Source: Candidatus Berkelbacteria bacterium CG10_big_fil_rev_8_21_14_0_10_41_12
GTDB taxonomy: Bacteria > Patescibacteriota > UBA1384 > 1-14-0-10-41-12
Assembly (NCBI GenBank): GCA_002778735.1
Contig: PEZV01000002.1
Span: forward strand, 1-47,133
Direction: 5' to 3'
DNA: 47,133 nt
Part shown: piece after piece, positions 27,081 through 36,160 of the stretch
Layout of the letters: each line of letters begins with the position of its first letter
Position numbering within the stretch: position 1 is the first letter of the stretch
Position numbers and translations under genes: made by a program
The notes under the pieces: generated by a model
What the model was told of the DNA's origin: nothing
Databases searched by the model: none
The model's input: only the letters and a program-made list of their open reading frames with translations

Positions 27081-29704
27081 TATTTTTCATCCTTATAATA
27101 TCTGATATGTAAGCTCGGACTTTGTTTATTATGCTTCTCGTCGTTATCGGGCTTTATGGGTGGGCTCCCGCTATCAATTGTTTCGATTATTTCGTCTTTG
27201 ATAATATGGATTACTGAAGCGGTTTTATCGTTGGCGTTAAGCCTAATTAATCTTACGCCCTGCGTGTCGCGCCCGAGTTTTTTGACAGATTTGAGTGAGA
27301 TTCTAATAACTTGACCATGCCTGGAGCAAATAATCATGTCGCCTTCATTGCCCTCTACAACACTTGCCTCGACTACCAAACCAGTTTTAACGGTTGTTTT
27401 AACTGCTTTTACACCGGATCCGCCCCTATGCTGCCTGGGATGATTTCGGCTTATATTTGTGCGTTTGCCATAGCCGTTTTCGAGAATAGTCAACAGGTCT
27501 GAATCAGTGTCGTCTTTAGAGAGAATATCGAGGGATATCAGGTCATCGCTCTCGCGCAGCTTAATTCCACGCACTCCCGAAGTCCCTCTTTGCATTGGCC
27601 TGGCATCTTTTTCGTCGAAGAGGATTGACTGTCCCTTCCTACTTACCATAATTATTTGGTCTTCACCGGAGCTGGTTGTCGCAAATCTTAATTTATCATC
27701 GGGTCTTAACTTAATTGCGATTAAACCACTTTTTCTTATATTTTTGTAAGCCTCAATTTTTGTTTTTTTAATCAGTCCTCTTTTAGTAGCAATAATAAAG
27801 AACTTTTTGTCTTGCAGCTTATCTTTTGTATCAGTTAAGATAGTTGTTACGTTTTCATCTTGCCCGATTTGAATAAGATTGGCGATTGCTTGCCCCTTTG
27901 CCTGACGGCTGGCTTGCGGGATTCCATAAACCATTGTAGAAAATAACCTACCCTTTTCGGTGAAAAAGTAGATGGTATCCAGGGTGTTAGTTACCACCAT
28001 TTCTTTTACAGAATCTTCTTCCTTGGGTGTCATTCCAACAATTCCCTTGCCTCCGCGCGCTTGTTTTTTATATGTATCGATTGGAACTCTTTTAATATAG
28101 TTCTCATTAGTAATTGTTACGATTGTTTTTTCATTAGGAATCAAATCCTCTGCCTTGAAAGAATCCAATTCGCTTTTAATAATTTTTGTCCTTCTGTCGA
28201 AGCCATATTTGGACTTGATTTCTTTGAGTTCGTCTGAAATTATGGAAAGAATCTTTTTTTCGTCGGATAGAATTGCTTCAAGTTCTTTAATTAGTTTTAA
28301 TTTTTCAGCAAGCTCATCGTCCACTTTTTGCCGCTCAAGTGCTGCAAGAGCCGAGAGACGCATATCCAAAATTGCATTTGCTTGAATTTCGGAGAATTCA
28401 AATTTGGCGATTAGATTTTTGAGAGCATCCTCGCGATTTGCAGATTTTTTGATTATAGTAATTATCTCATCAATATGGTTAAGCGCTTTTTTTAATCCTT
28501 CCAGTATATGCGCTCGCTCTTTTGCTCTGGTGAGATCAAACTCGATTCTTCTGCGTACAACTATTTGTCTATGTTTTATATACTCATCGAGGGCAGATCC
28601 GAGAGTAAGTATTCTGGGTTGAATTCCGTCAATTAAAGCAAGAAGATTAACATGAAATGCGCTTTGCAAAGGAGTAAGAGAAAATAACTTATTTAAAACT
28701 TTTTTGGGATAAGAAGCAGATTTTAATTCTATGACAATTCGGACACCTTCTTTTTTATCCGATTCGTCCCTGATATCAGTGATACCGTCAATTTTTTTGC
28801 CCTTTACTAAATCGGCAATCTTTGTAATCAGATCGGATTTGTTGACTTGGTAGGGGATTGAAGAAATGACTATCCTAAGTCCTCTTTTTGACTCTTCTAT
28901 ATTTGCCTGGCCCCTGATTATAATTTTGCCTTTGCCGGTAGTGTAAGCATTTCTTATTCCTTCGGCGCCGTGAATTTCACCATTTGTCGGTAAATCGGGA
29001 CCTTTAATAAACTCCATCAAATCGTCCGTTGTGGATTGTGGATTATCGATAAGATGGATTATGCCATCACACAGTTCACTCAAATTATGCGGCGGAATAT
29101 TTGTAGCCATTCCGACTGCGATTCCAACTGCGCCGTTAAGTAATAGATTAGGAAGTTTTGAAGGTAAAACGGACGGTTCTTTGAGTGTTCCGTCGTAGTT
29201 ATCGATATATTTGACAGTCTTCTTGTCAATATCTGAGAGCATCTCGCCGGAAGGCGCTGTTAATTTTGCTTCAGTGTAACGCATAGCTGCCGGAGGATCG
29301 CCATCAATCGAACCAAAGTTTCCCTGTCCTTTGACAAGCGGAACTGACATGGAAAAATCTTGTGCCATTCGCACCAGAGTGTCGTAAATTGCGGTGTCGC
29401 CGTGCGGATGATATTTACCCATAACCTCACCAACAATCTTGGCTGATTTTGTGCTTTTGCTGCTCGAGTAGAGATTCATCTCGCCCATTGTAAACAAAAT
29501 CTTGCGATGTACCGGCTTGAGCCCGTCTCTGGCATCGGGCAAGGCTCTTGCGACAATAACACTCATAGCATAATCAAGATACGATTGTTCCATTTCTTGA
29601 GTTATGCTTCTCTCAATTACTTTCCCAACTCCAACGATATTTTTAACTTCCGGCTCGTTATTGTTTGATAATGGTTCTTGCTTTATTTCTTTTTTCTCTT
29701 CCAT
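27080..29704 (-). CDS. gyrA: DNA gyrase subunit A
   Basis: DGLKPVHRKIL, AAMRYTEAKL (active-site Tyr), and a C-terminal beta-pinwheel. Confidence 0.96.
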   Translation of the reverse strand: MEEKKEIKQEPLSNNNEPEVKNIVGVGKVIERSITQEMEQSYLDYAMSVIVARALPDARDGLKPVHRKILFTMGEMNLYSSSKSTKSAKIVGEVMGKYHPHGDTAIYDTLVRMAQDFSMSVPLVKGQGNFGSIDGDPPAAMRYTEAKLTAPSGEMLSDIDKKTVKYIDNYDGTLKEPSVLPSKLPNLLLNGAVGIAVGMATNIPPHNLSELCDGIIHLIDNPQSTTDDLMEFIKGPDLPTNGEIHGAEGIRNAYTTGKGKIIIRGQANIEESKRGLRIVISSIPYQVNKSDLITKIADLVKGKKIDGITDIRDESDKKEGVRIVIELKSASYPKKVLNKLFSLTPLQSAFHVNLLALIDGIQPRILTLGSALDEYIKHRQIVVRRRIEFDLTRAKERAHILEGLKKALNHIDEIITIIKKSANREDALKNLIAKFEFSEIQANAILDMRLSALAALERQKVDDELAEKLKLIKELEAILSDEKKILSIISDELKEIKSKYGFDRRTKIIKSELDSFKAEDLIPNEKTIVTITNENYIKRVPIDTYKKQARGGKGIVGMTPKEEDSVKEMVVTNTLDTIYFFTEKGRLFSTMVYGIPQASRQAKGQAIANLIQIGQDENVTTILTDTKDKLQDKKFFIIATKRGLIKKTKIEAYKNIRKSGLIAIKLRPDDKLRFATTSSGEDQIIMVSRKGQSILFDEKDARPMQRGTSGVRGIKLRESDDLISLDILSKDDTDSDLLTILENGYGKRTNISRNHPRQHRGGSGVKAVKTTVKTGLVVEASVVEGNEGDMIICSRHGQVIRISLKSVKKLGRDTQGVRLIRLNANDKTASVIHIIKDEIIETIDSGSPPIKPDNDEKHNKQSPSLHIRYYKDEK

Positions 29705-29759
29705 TGATTTGATTTCTTATTTTTTACTTTTCACTTTCATCTTTTGACTTTGAACTTTT

Positions 29760-31691
29760 TTATATATCTAAATTTTGTACCAATTTTGCTTTTTGCTGAA
29801 TAAATCTTTTTCTTGGAGGTACTTCATCACCCATTAACATTGAAAAAACTTGATCTGCTATCTCGCCATCCTCGATTTTTGCCTGCACTAAAATCCGGTT
29901 TTCCGGATTCATTGTGGTTTCCCACAGCTGATCAGGGTTCATTTCACCCAAGCCTTTATATCTTTGAATGGAATATTTGGCGCCTTTATTTTTTTCCAGC
30001 CATGTATTCATATTGTCGTCGTTATAAAAGTATTCTTTTTCTTTTCCTAACTGTGCAAGATAAAGCGGTGGCTGGGCAAAATAAATATATCCTTTTTCGA
30101 AAAATGGTTTGAAATGTCTAAAGAAAAATGTGAGCAAGAGTGTGCGAATGTGGCTTCCATCAACATCAGCATCAGTCATTATAATTATTCTGTGATACCT
30201 TGTTTTTTCTATGTCCAGATCCTCGCCGATACCTGCGCCGATAGCGACAATAAGCGCTTTTATTTCATCCGAAGAAAGCATTCGATCTAACCTTGCCCTT
30301 TCCACATTTAAAATTTTTCCTTTAAGCGGTAATATCGCCTGAAAGGTTCGATCACGGCCCTGTCTCGCCGAACCGCCTGCGGATTCTCCCTCGACGATAA
30401 ATAGTTCTGACTTGGCGGGATCTTTACTGGAGCAATCTGTCAATTTACCCGGTAAGGTCATTCCTTCCAGAGCGCCTTTTCGGATAACTGTTTCACGTGC
30501 TGCTCTCGCTGCTAAACGTGCTTTAGCGGAAAGTAGAACTTTCTCGATAATCTTCCTGGCTTCATTTGGGTGCTCTTCTAAGTAAGAACCCAAGCCGGTA
30601 TAAACTACTGACTCCACTGTTCCTTTCATTTCGGGATTTCCGAGCTTGGCCTTTGTTTGTCCCTCAAATTGCGGCTCGGTCAACTTAACCGACAGGACAG
30701 CAGTTAAGCCCTCTCTGGCGTCGTCTCCCGTTATGACAGCATCCATTCCTTTGAGAAATTCTTTTTTCTTGGCATAATCATTGAGCGCGCGTGTCAAAGC
30801 CGTCCTAAATCCAGTAAGATGCGTTCCTCCCTCGATTGTATTTATATTATTGGCAAATGAATAGAGGTGCTCATTGTAGTCATCTGCATAGGCTATAGCA
30901 GCTTCAATAGGTGCCGGTTCATCTTCTTTGTTGTTAGTGATATAGATTGGCGGATCAAATATAGGATTTTTATTTTGGTTGATGTGTCTGACGAAAGCAA
31001 TAACACCACCTTCAAAGTAAAAGGTATATTGCCTTTCTTTTTCTTCGCGCAAATCTTTCACGCGAATTTTTATTCCTTTGGTCAAATATGCGTGTTGGCG
31101 GGCACGATCCGTGATGGTATTCCACGAAAATTTGATGTTTGAAAAAATTTCCGGGTCTGGCTTGAAGGTTATAATCGTGCCGGTGTTTGCTTCCGGCTCG
31201 GCCTTGGATATCAATTTGCCTTTTGGTTTCCCCCTTGAATATTCTTGAGTATATATTTTTCCATCCCTCTTGACTTCGGCAATAAGTTGTTCTGAAAGTG
31301 CATTAACAACGGAAACACCGACTCCGTGGAGACCGCCGGACACTTTATAACTCCCGTTTTGGCCGAATTTTCCTCCGGCATGAAGTTTAGTGAGAACTGT
31401 CTCGAGAGCCGACAAACCGGTTTGCTTGTGTTTATCTACCGGAATTCCCCGTCCATCATCAGTAATGCGAACTTCGTTTTCACCCAATATCTCAATATTA
31501 ATATTTTTGGCATATCCCGCCATAGCTTCATCAATGGCATTGTCCAAAACTTCCCAAACCAAATGATGAAGACCTTCTATGCCGGTTCCGCCAATGTACA
31601 TTCCAGGGCGTTTTCTAACAGGTTCCAGACCTTCTAAGACTGAAATAGAGGATGCATCATAATTTGTTTTTTTTGCTTCTTCTTGATTCAT
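29760..31691 (-). CDS. gyrB: DNA gyrase subunit B
   Basis: GLEPVRKRPGMYIG, LHHLVWEVLDNAIDE, the Toprim motif EGESAGG, and PLKGKILNVE. Confidence 0.96.
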   Translation of the reverse strand: MNQEEAKKTNYDASSISVLEGLEPVRKRPGMYIGGTGIEGLHHLVWEVLDNAIDEAMAGYAKNINIEILGENEVRITDDGRGIPVDKHKQTGLSALETVLTKLHAGGKFGQNGSYKVSGGLHGVGVSVVNALSEQLIAEVKRDGKIYTQEYSRGKPKGKLISKAEPEANTGTIITFKPDPEIFSNIKFSWNTITDRARQHAYLTKGIKIRVKDLREEKERQYTFYFEGGVIAFVRHINQNKNPIFDPPIYITNNKEDEPAPIEAAIAYADDYNEHLYSFANNINTIEGGTHLTGFRTALTRALNDYAKKKEFLKGMDAVITGDDAREGLTAVLSVKLTEPQFEGQTKAKLGNPEMKGTVESVVYTGLGSYLEEHPNEARKIIEKVLLSAKARLAARAARETVIRKGALEGMTLPGKLTDCSSKDPAKSELFIVEGESAGGSARQGRDRTFQAILPLKGKILNVERARLDRMLSSDEIKALIVAIGAGIGEDLDIEKTRYHRIIIMTDADVDGSHIRTLLLTFFFRHFKPFFEKGYIYFAQPPLYLAQLGKEKEYFYNDDNMNTWLEKNKGAKYSIQRYKGLGEMNPDQLWETTMNPENRILVQAKIEDGEIADQVFSMLMGDEVPPRKRFIQQKAKLVQNLDI

Positions 31692-31723
31692 AACAAAAAA
31701 TTACTCCTTAAAGTTCTTAGTGT

Positions 31724-31752
31724 ATTTTACCACTTTTATAGATATAACACAA
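31724..31752 (-). promoter_or_regulatory. candidate gyrB promoter
   Basis: Minus strand reads TTGTGT-17 nt-TAAAAT (TGG just upstream of the -10), 30 nt upstream of the gyrB ATG. Confidence 0.45.
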
Positions 31753-31835
31753 ATGTCCCAAATTCGAAAATCTTCATTTCCACTTGCAAAATATATGTTT
31801 TTAAAAGTACGAACGATCCTTTTACAATAGGGCAT

Positions 31836-31873
31836 AAAAGAGAAAGGGCTGGGACAGTTAGACCGCCCAGCCC
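31836..31873 (-). terminator. GC-rich intrinsic terminator closing island 1
   Basis: Minus strand reads GGGCTGGG-12 nt loop-CCCAGCCC followed by TTTCTCTTTT, 35 nt after the gpsA-like stop. Confidence 0.75.
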
Positions 31874-31907
31874 CATTTTATGTGCTTGGGTTCAGATGCC
31901 TCGGCCA

Positions 31908-32870
31908 TCACAGCCAGCCTGACCTTCTTCCTTCGAGCGATTTGCGTGCTTCTTTGACGGTCAACTGTCCGTCAAGGATGTGTTTGGTACAATGCAGGTA
32001 AGGCAGGTCGGTCGCTGACATACCGGGCTTCTTGCACATCTCGTACACGTTGTTGAAGCTCTCAACCACGCCGCGCTCGTTCTCAATTCGAGATCGGACC
32101 TCGTCCGGATACGAACCTTGAGCGATGAGCAAACCAACATGATAATTGCGGCTGCCGGAACTTGAGCAGAGATTTTCATCGGCTCTAAGAATCCGGCGGA
32201 CACATTCAGCGTCATGGTCGGCGCTCGCGCAGGTGTCCCAGCGGTGCATGCCGGTGATCTTCGCGGCCTCGGCCTCGATACTTGCTTGTACTAATGCCAA
32301 AGTCGAGGGTTCGCCTAACAACTCCCAGTCGGCCATTCCGCGTTGGAGGGAGACGATTGTCCGCAGTTGGTTCAAGTGAACAATCGTCATAGGATCGTGC
32401 CATTTGACCGGCCAGAAGTTCGAGATCTCACGGATCAATATCTCGGCGCCATTGTCTGCTCGGCGATAACTAGGGTATGCCGCGACGATCATGCCGACAA
32501 TCTCACCTCGCAGTAGACTCTCTGAGAGAACAGCGCCGGTTAGGTAGTAGACCCCATTCCAGCGATTGTCCTGGAAGATGTCTTTGCTGAGGCCACCTTT
32601 CTGGACGAGCCAGAGCGACGTCGATAGGTGATCACCTTCGAGTTGTGCGAGCACTTCCGGAACCGCGGCGGCCGGCGTGGTGATAAAGACGTGATCGAAC
32701 TCATCCACATCAGGCAGACCCGTTGTTACCTTGTCCGCGCCGAACTTCTCGGCGGCCGACTGTGCCTTGGCCGGATCGCGGATGTACATCAGGCAGTTAT
32801 GACTTGCTCCTTCAAAGGCGTGAAATAGTCCCTGTCCGAAGTGGCCGGCACCGATAATTGCGACCCTCAT
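31908..32870 (-). CDS. divergent NAD(P)-dependent glycerol-3-phosphate dehydrogenase-like protein
   Basis: G+C-rich. MRVAIIGAGHFG Rossmann start. The C-terminal SRNYHVGLLIAQG...VVESFNNV...LPYLHCTKHIL resembles GpsA SRNRR.G..LGQG...VVEG......MPI...Y.VL. ATG 32870 overlaps the upstream stop (TAATG), with GGAGG 9 nt upstream. The track ORF is open to 32894. Confidence 0.65.
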   Translation of the reverse strand: MRVAIIGAGHFGQGLFHAFEGASHNCLMYIRDPAKAQSAAEKFGADKVTTGLPDVDEFDHVFITTPAAAVPEVLAQLEGDHLSTSLWLVQKGGLSKDIFQDNRWNGVYYLTGAVLSESLLRGEIVGMIVAAYPSYRRADNGAEILIREISNFWPVKWHDPMTIVHLNQLRTIVSLQRGMADWELLGEPSTLALVQASIEAEAAKITGMHRWDTCASADHDAECVRRILRADENLCSSSGSRNYHVGLLIAQGSYPDEVRSRIENERGVVESFNNVYEMCKKPGMSATDLPYLHCTKHILDGQLTVKEARKSLEGRRSGWL

Positions 32871-34606
32871 TAAGAGAGCCTCCTTATGCGGCATGCGGCT
32901 TTTGCCGCGGCTTGCTTGATGTGTTCGATCTGCTTGTCAGTGATCGCTCCGCCGTCACCGGTGCGCAGCGCTCCGGTCCCGTCGGAGCGAGAGTTGCAGA
33001 TCTTGGCGATATGCAGGACTTCTAGCAGGTCGTACTTACCGCCCACTCCGCCAAGATATTTGGTTTCGCCTGCTTCGGCTAGTGCCTGCGTCTGGAAGAG
33101 ACAGGCGAACGACATGTCTTCGGGCAAGCCAAGAATGCTTGGGAGGTTAGCATTTTTGCATTCAACCAGCCCCCCGTCATAGACCAATACGTCTTCGCGT
33201 GAGACCTTGAAGTCCCTAGGGCGCGCGATATCGCAGACAATCGCTCCCGGCCTTAGAGTAGTCTCATCAATCTCGAGTTCCGTAGCCGAGGAGGTCGCTG
33301 AGATGATAAGATCGGCTTCAGATAGCGCCTCGTTCAAATCACTTGCCACGACGACGTCAAGGTCAGGGTGTGTGATGTGAATCTGTTGCTGGCATATTGC
33401 CGCTCGTTGCAGTGTCCGATTATAGAGAATGATCTTTCTAATAGGCAGCAGCTCGGCGGCCAACATGGCGGCAACGGAACCGACTCCGCCCGTGCCGATG
33501 ACAAGCAGGACGCAGTCCTTGATGTCCTTGCCCATCTTCTGGCATGCCAGGTTGAGTGAACCCACACCGATCCATGCGGTGTAGTCATTGCCGGTCGTAA
33601 TGTGGATCCGGCCGTGAAAACGGTCCCGCAGAACTTGCCCTCTATTGCCGACGATGGCTGTATAAGCACCGAGTCCGGCGTGGGTTGCTCCAGCCATTGC
33701 TCCTAAACGGATCATGCGCGAAATGGCCCAGAGGGCAAACTGCTGATGCCGCATCATGAAGCTTGGATCTATCGGCACCGGAGGGATTAAGCCTTGACTT
33801 GGCTTGCGCCAGTCTTCCCTCCCGTCAACTCTGTTCCAAAACATCGCCTCGCGGACGAAAGCCGCCGGGTAGATAAGGAAGAGAAGCGGCGCCAGGAGAG
33901 AGTTGAAGAACCAGTAAGGCAGAAACGCTAGGCGTGGACTCTTCTTGACAAAGTAGTCCTTGAGATAGGTCGGGTCGTCTGTGGTGGGGTGCACCACGAA
34001 GCCGTATTGCAGACACGGCCGACCCTTTTTGGAGTTTGGCTCGTAGCCGAGCTTGATCAGGTTAAGGTTCAGGATATGGCCCCAGAGAACCAGAGCGAAA
34101 GTCGCCCAGACCCAGCCACTGTTTCCCCACCCGATCCCGATCGCGAACATCGCCGTGAACAGAAATGCGGCGGCTACGCTCGCCAGCGAAGTGTAACCGC
34201 TCTTCTTCTTGAGAAGCGCGAAGAACGCCAGCGCAACCAGGGCGAACGGCCACCATAAGGCCGCTGCGACTCCCAAGAATGTGGCCACACCTTTGCCGCC
34301 CTGGAATGTCAGCCAGAACGGGTAGCGATGGCCCGCTATGACCATGAAGCCGCACAGGGCTTGGAAGCTGTAGCCATAGCCGTAGTGCCGCGCCAGCATG
34401 ATCGCAACGAAACCCTTGAAGGCATCAAACACGACTGCGGGCACATACAGATTCTCACAACCCTTAACCCGCTTCAGATTGGAGGCGCCGACATTACCAG
34501 AGCCGAGCTTCCGCAGGTCACGACCCGTTGCGAGGTAGCATAGCAGCCATGCAGCCATCGATGCCCCAATGACGTATGACCAGAGCAGCAGATACAGCTC
34601 TTGCAT
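32870..34606 (-). CDS. fusion protein: PlsY (acyl-phosphate:glycerol-3-phosphate acyltransferase) + acyl-ACP-reductase-like NAD(P) dehydrogenase domain
   Basis: G+C-rich. N-terminal PlsY motifs GSGNVGASN and HRYPFWLTFQGGKGVAT, with multiple TM helices. C-terminal domain has YGFVVHPT, TTGNDYTAW, the Rossmann stretch VLLVIGTGGVGS, NRT and MSFAC. I prefer ATG 34606; the track ORF is open to 34663. Confidence 0.7.
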   Translation of the reverse strand: MQELYLLLWSYVIGASMAAWLLCYLATGRDLRKLGSGNVGASNLKRVKGCENLYVPAVVFDAFKGFVAIMLARHYGYGYSFQALCGFMVIAGHRYPFWLTFQGGKGVATFLGVAAALWWPFALVALAFFALLKKKSGYTSLASVAAAFLFTAMFAIGIGWGNSGWVWATFALVLWGHILNLNLIKLGYEPNSKKGRPCLQYGFVVHPTTDDPTYLKDYFVKKSPRLAFLPYWFFNSLLAPLLFLIYPAAFVREAMFWNRVDGREDWRKPSQGLIPPVPIDPSFMMRHQQFALWAISRMIRLGAMAGATHAGLGAYTAIVGNRGQVLRDRFHGRIHITTGNDYTAWIGVGSLNLACQKMGKDIKDCVLLVIGTGGVGSVAAMLAAELLPIRKIILYNRTLQRAAICQQQIHITHPDLDVVVASDLNEALSEADLIISATSSATELEIDETTLRPGAIVCDIARPRDFKVSREDVLVYDGGLVECKNANLPSILGLPEDMSFACLFQTQALAEAGETKYLGGVGGKYDLLEVLHIAKICNSRSDGTGALRTGDGGAITDKQIEHIKQAAAKAACRIRRLS

Positions 34607-34677
34607 GTGTTTCCGTCCTTTCTTGTGTATGTCAACGCCGATTTTGCGGCTTACATCGAGCATAACTCGATCTGGAA

Positions 34678-34706
34678 ATTATAGAATAAAAATAGCTTTT
34701 GCACAA
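34678..34706 (-). promoter_or_regulatory. candidate promoter driving island 1 operon
   Basis: Minus strand reads TTGTGC-17 nt-TATAAT. It lies in the AT-rich flank about 70 nt upstream of ATG 34606. Confidence 0.55.
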
Positions 34707-34757
34707 TAAAATAAAATTTCTTTTTCAAGAGTTAGAATTTTGCAAGGGTTAGACCAT

Positions 34758-36158
34758 TTAAAAAGAGAGATCTTTTATCAACTGTGTATCGATTTGTTTT
34801 TTGCCGAATAAGTCAAGATGTAAGCTGTCAAAATTTGTTCCCGGCTGACGCATAATAATAAGTTTGTAGTTTTTTTTGGTGATATTGGAAGGCAATTGAT
34901 ACTGAATTTTAACGCTTGATTCTTTGCCAAAACCCGTGCTGAACCAAAACCCGATTGATTTTTTGCCCGACTCGATTGCCTCGTCGCAATTATCGGGATA
35001 TATTCCTTCTCCTGCCAACTTTACAGACTCAATTTTTGCATCCATCGGGACAAGAACGCGTGTATAGTTTCGGTTGAGAATATCGGGTCCCAACGGATTC
35101 GGATTATGAGTACGAACAATAGTCAATTCAGATTCTAAATCTTTGCCTTTTTGCCTTACATTAAGGTTAAGTACTTGGTCAATATTTAAGCTTGATTTGC
35201 CGCCGTTTAAATTTGCGTTGATTACGTAGAGAAAATCATTTCCCCACTGTGGTATGTTTCCTCCCCATCCCCTTTTCTCGATTAAACTCTGAATTTTTGT
35301 ATCGCTTGAATAAATAATTACATTTTTTTCGTTTAGGTATAAAAAGGTTTTCGAAAAAAGTTTGAACTTGCCAATACCTTTGAACTTCTCTGTTAATTTT
35401 GGGAGAATTTCGAGAAGAATTTTTTTAGGTTCATTTTCTACTTTATTTTTCTCGTTGAACCAGTAATCTTGATCAATCTTTTGGCTCATAATAGAAGAAA
35501 AATTGTCACAGTTTATCTCGGTCCCGTCGCTAAGCGTAATCGGTCCGGTAATTTTTAATAGATCTATAACGGTTGTTGAAGATATGGCGATTACGTTATC
35601 AATAGGTTTCTCCCATCCTTGCCCGAAGTACCAAGAAAGCGTTTTGGCTGCTTCGGGAAAATCAGTATCCCAGTTTGCATTTACAAAAGTTTGAGGGCGG
35701 TTGATGAATGTTTCGCGCACCGGTTTTGGGGCGTTGTCGAGATCCATTGCGACAAGCTGATTGTCATTACGATAGACATTCGTTTCGATATTAAAATTAA
35801 TTTGAGGCTTAATTATTTTCTTATCAACGGATAATGTAGCAAAACTACCCCAAAATCCGCCTGTCGGACGTAGCTCTGCCGAGTTTTGGAAACCAATAAG
35901 AGTATTTTTGCCACGCAGGGAATTGGCAATTTTTAGTATTACGAATGTCTCAGAATTGAAAAAAATTAGGGCAAGAGCCAATATCACCAGGACAAGAATT
36001 AATCCTCCGACCTTAAATTTTCTTACGGGGTTAATTCGGATGATGCGTATTTTTTGGGAACTTCTAACATAATCTGCGCGGATTTTTTTAACGTGCTTGA
36101 GTTTTTTTATGTCTAAGTCTTGAATTCTTTTGTGTCGGTTAGGAGAAACTTGCCCCAT
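34758..36158 (-). CDS. DUF4012 domain-containing membrane-anchored protein
   Basis: N-terminal TM segment, then LIGFQNSAELRPTGGFWGSFA, which matches the DUF4012 core as I remember it. Confidence 0.7.
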   Translation of the reverse strand: MGQVSPNRHKRIQDLDIKKLKHVKKIRADYVRSSQKIRIIRINPVRKFKVGGLILVLVILALALIFFNSETFVILKIANSLRGKNTLIGFQNSAELRPTGGFWGSFATLSVDKKIIKPQINFNIETNVYRNDNQLVAMDLDNAPKPVRETFINRPQTFVNANWDTDFPEAAKTLSWYFGQGWEKPIDNVIAISSTTVIDLLKITGPITLSDGTEINCDNFSSIMSQKIDQDYWFNEKNKVENEPKKILLEILPKLTEKFKGIGKFKLFSKTFLYLNEKNVIIYSSDTKIQSLIEKRGWGGNIPQWGNDFLYVINANLNGGKSSLNIDQVLNLNVRQKGKDLESELTIVRTHNPNPLGPDILNRNYTRVLVPMDAKIESVKLAGEGIYPDNCDEAIESGKKSIGFWFSTGFGKESSVKIQYQLPSNITKKNYKLIIMRQPGTNFDSLHLDLFGKKQIDTQLIKDLSF

Positions 36159-36160
36159 CC

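Noticed and set aside
31785-34757. Possible att-like repeats flanking island 1. CTTGCAAAAT at 31785 is inverted relative to a copy at about 34736. GTTAGACC occurs at 31856 and 34748 as a direct repeat.
   Set aside because: Matches of 8-10 bp in AT-rich spacers are within chance expectation for the flanks searched. No integrase or recombinase gene is present.
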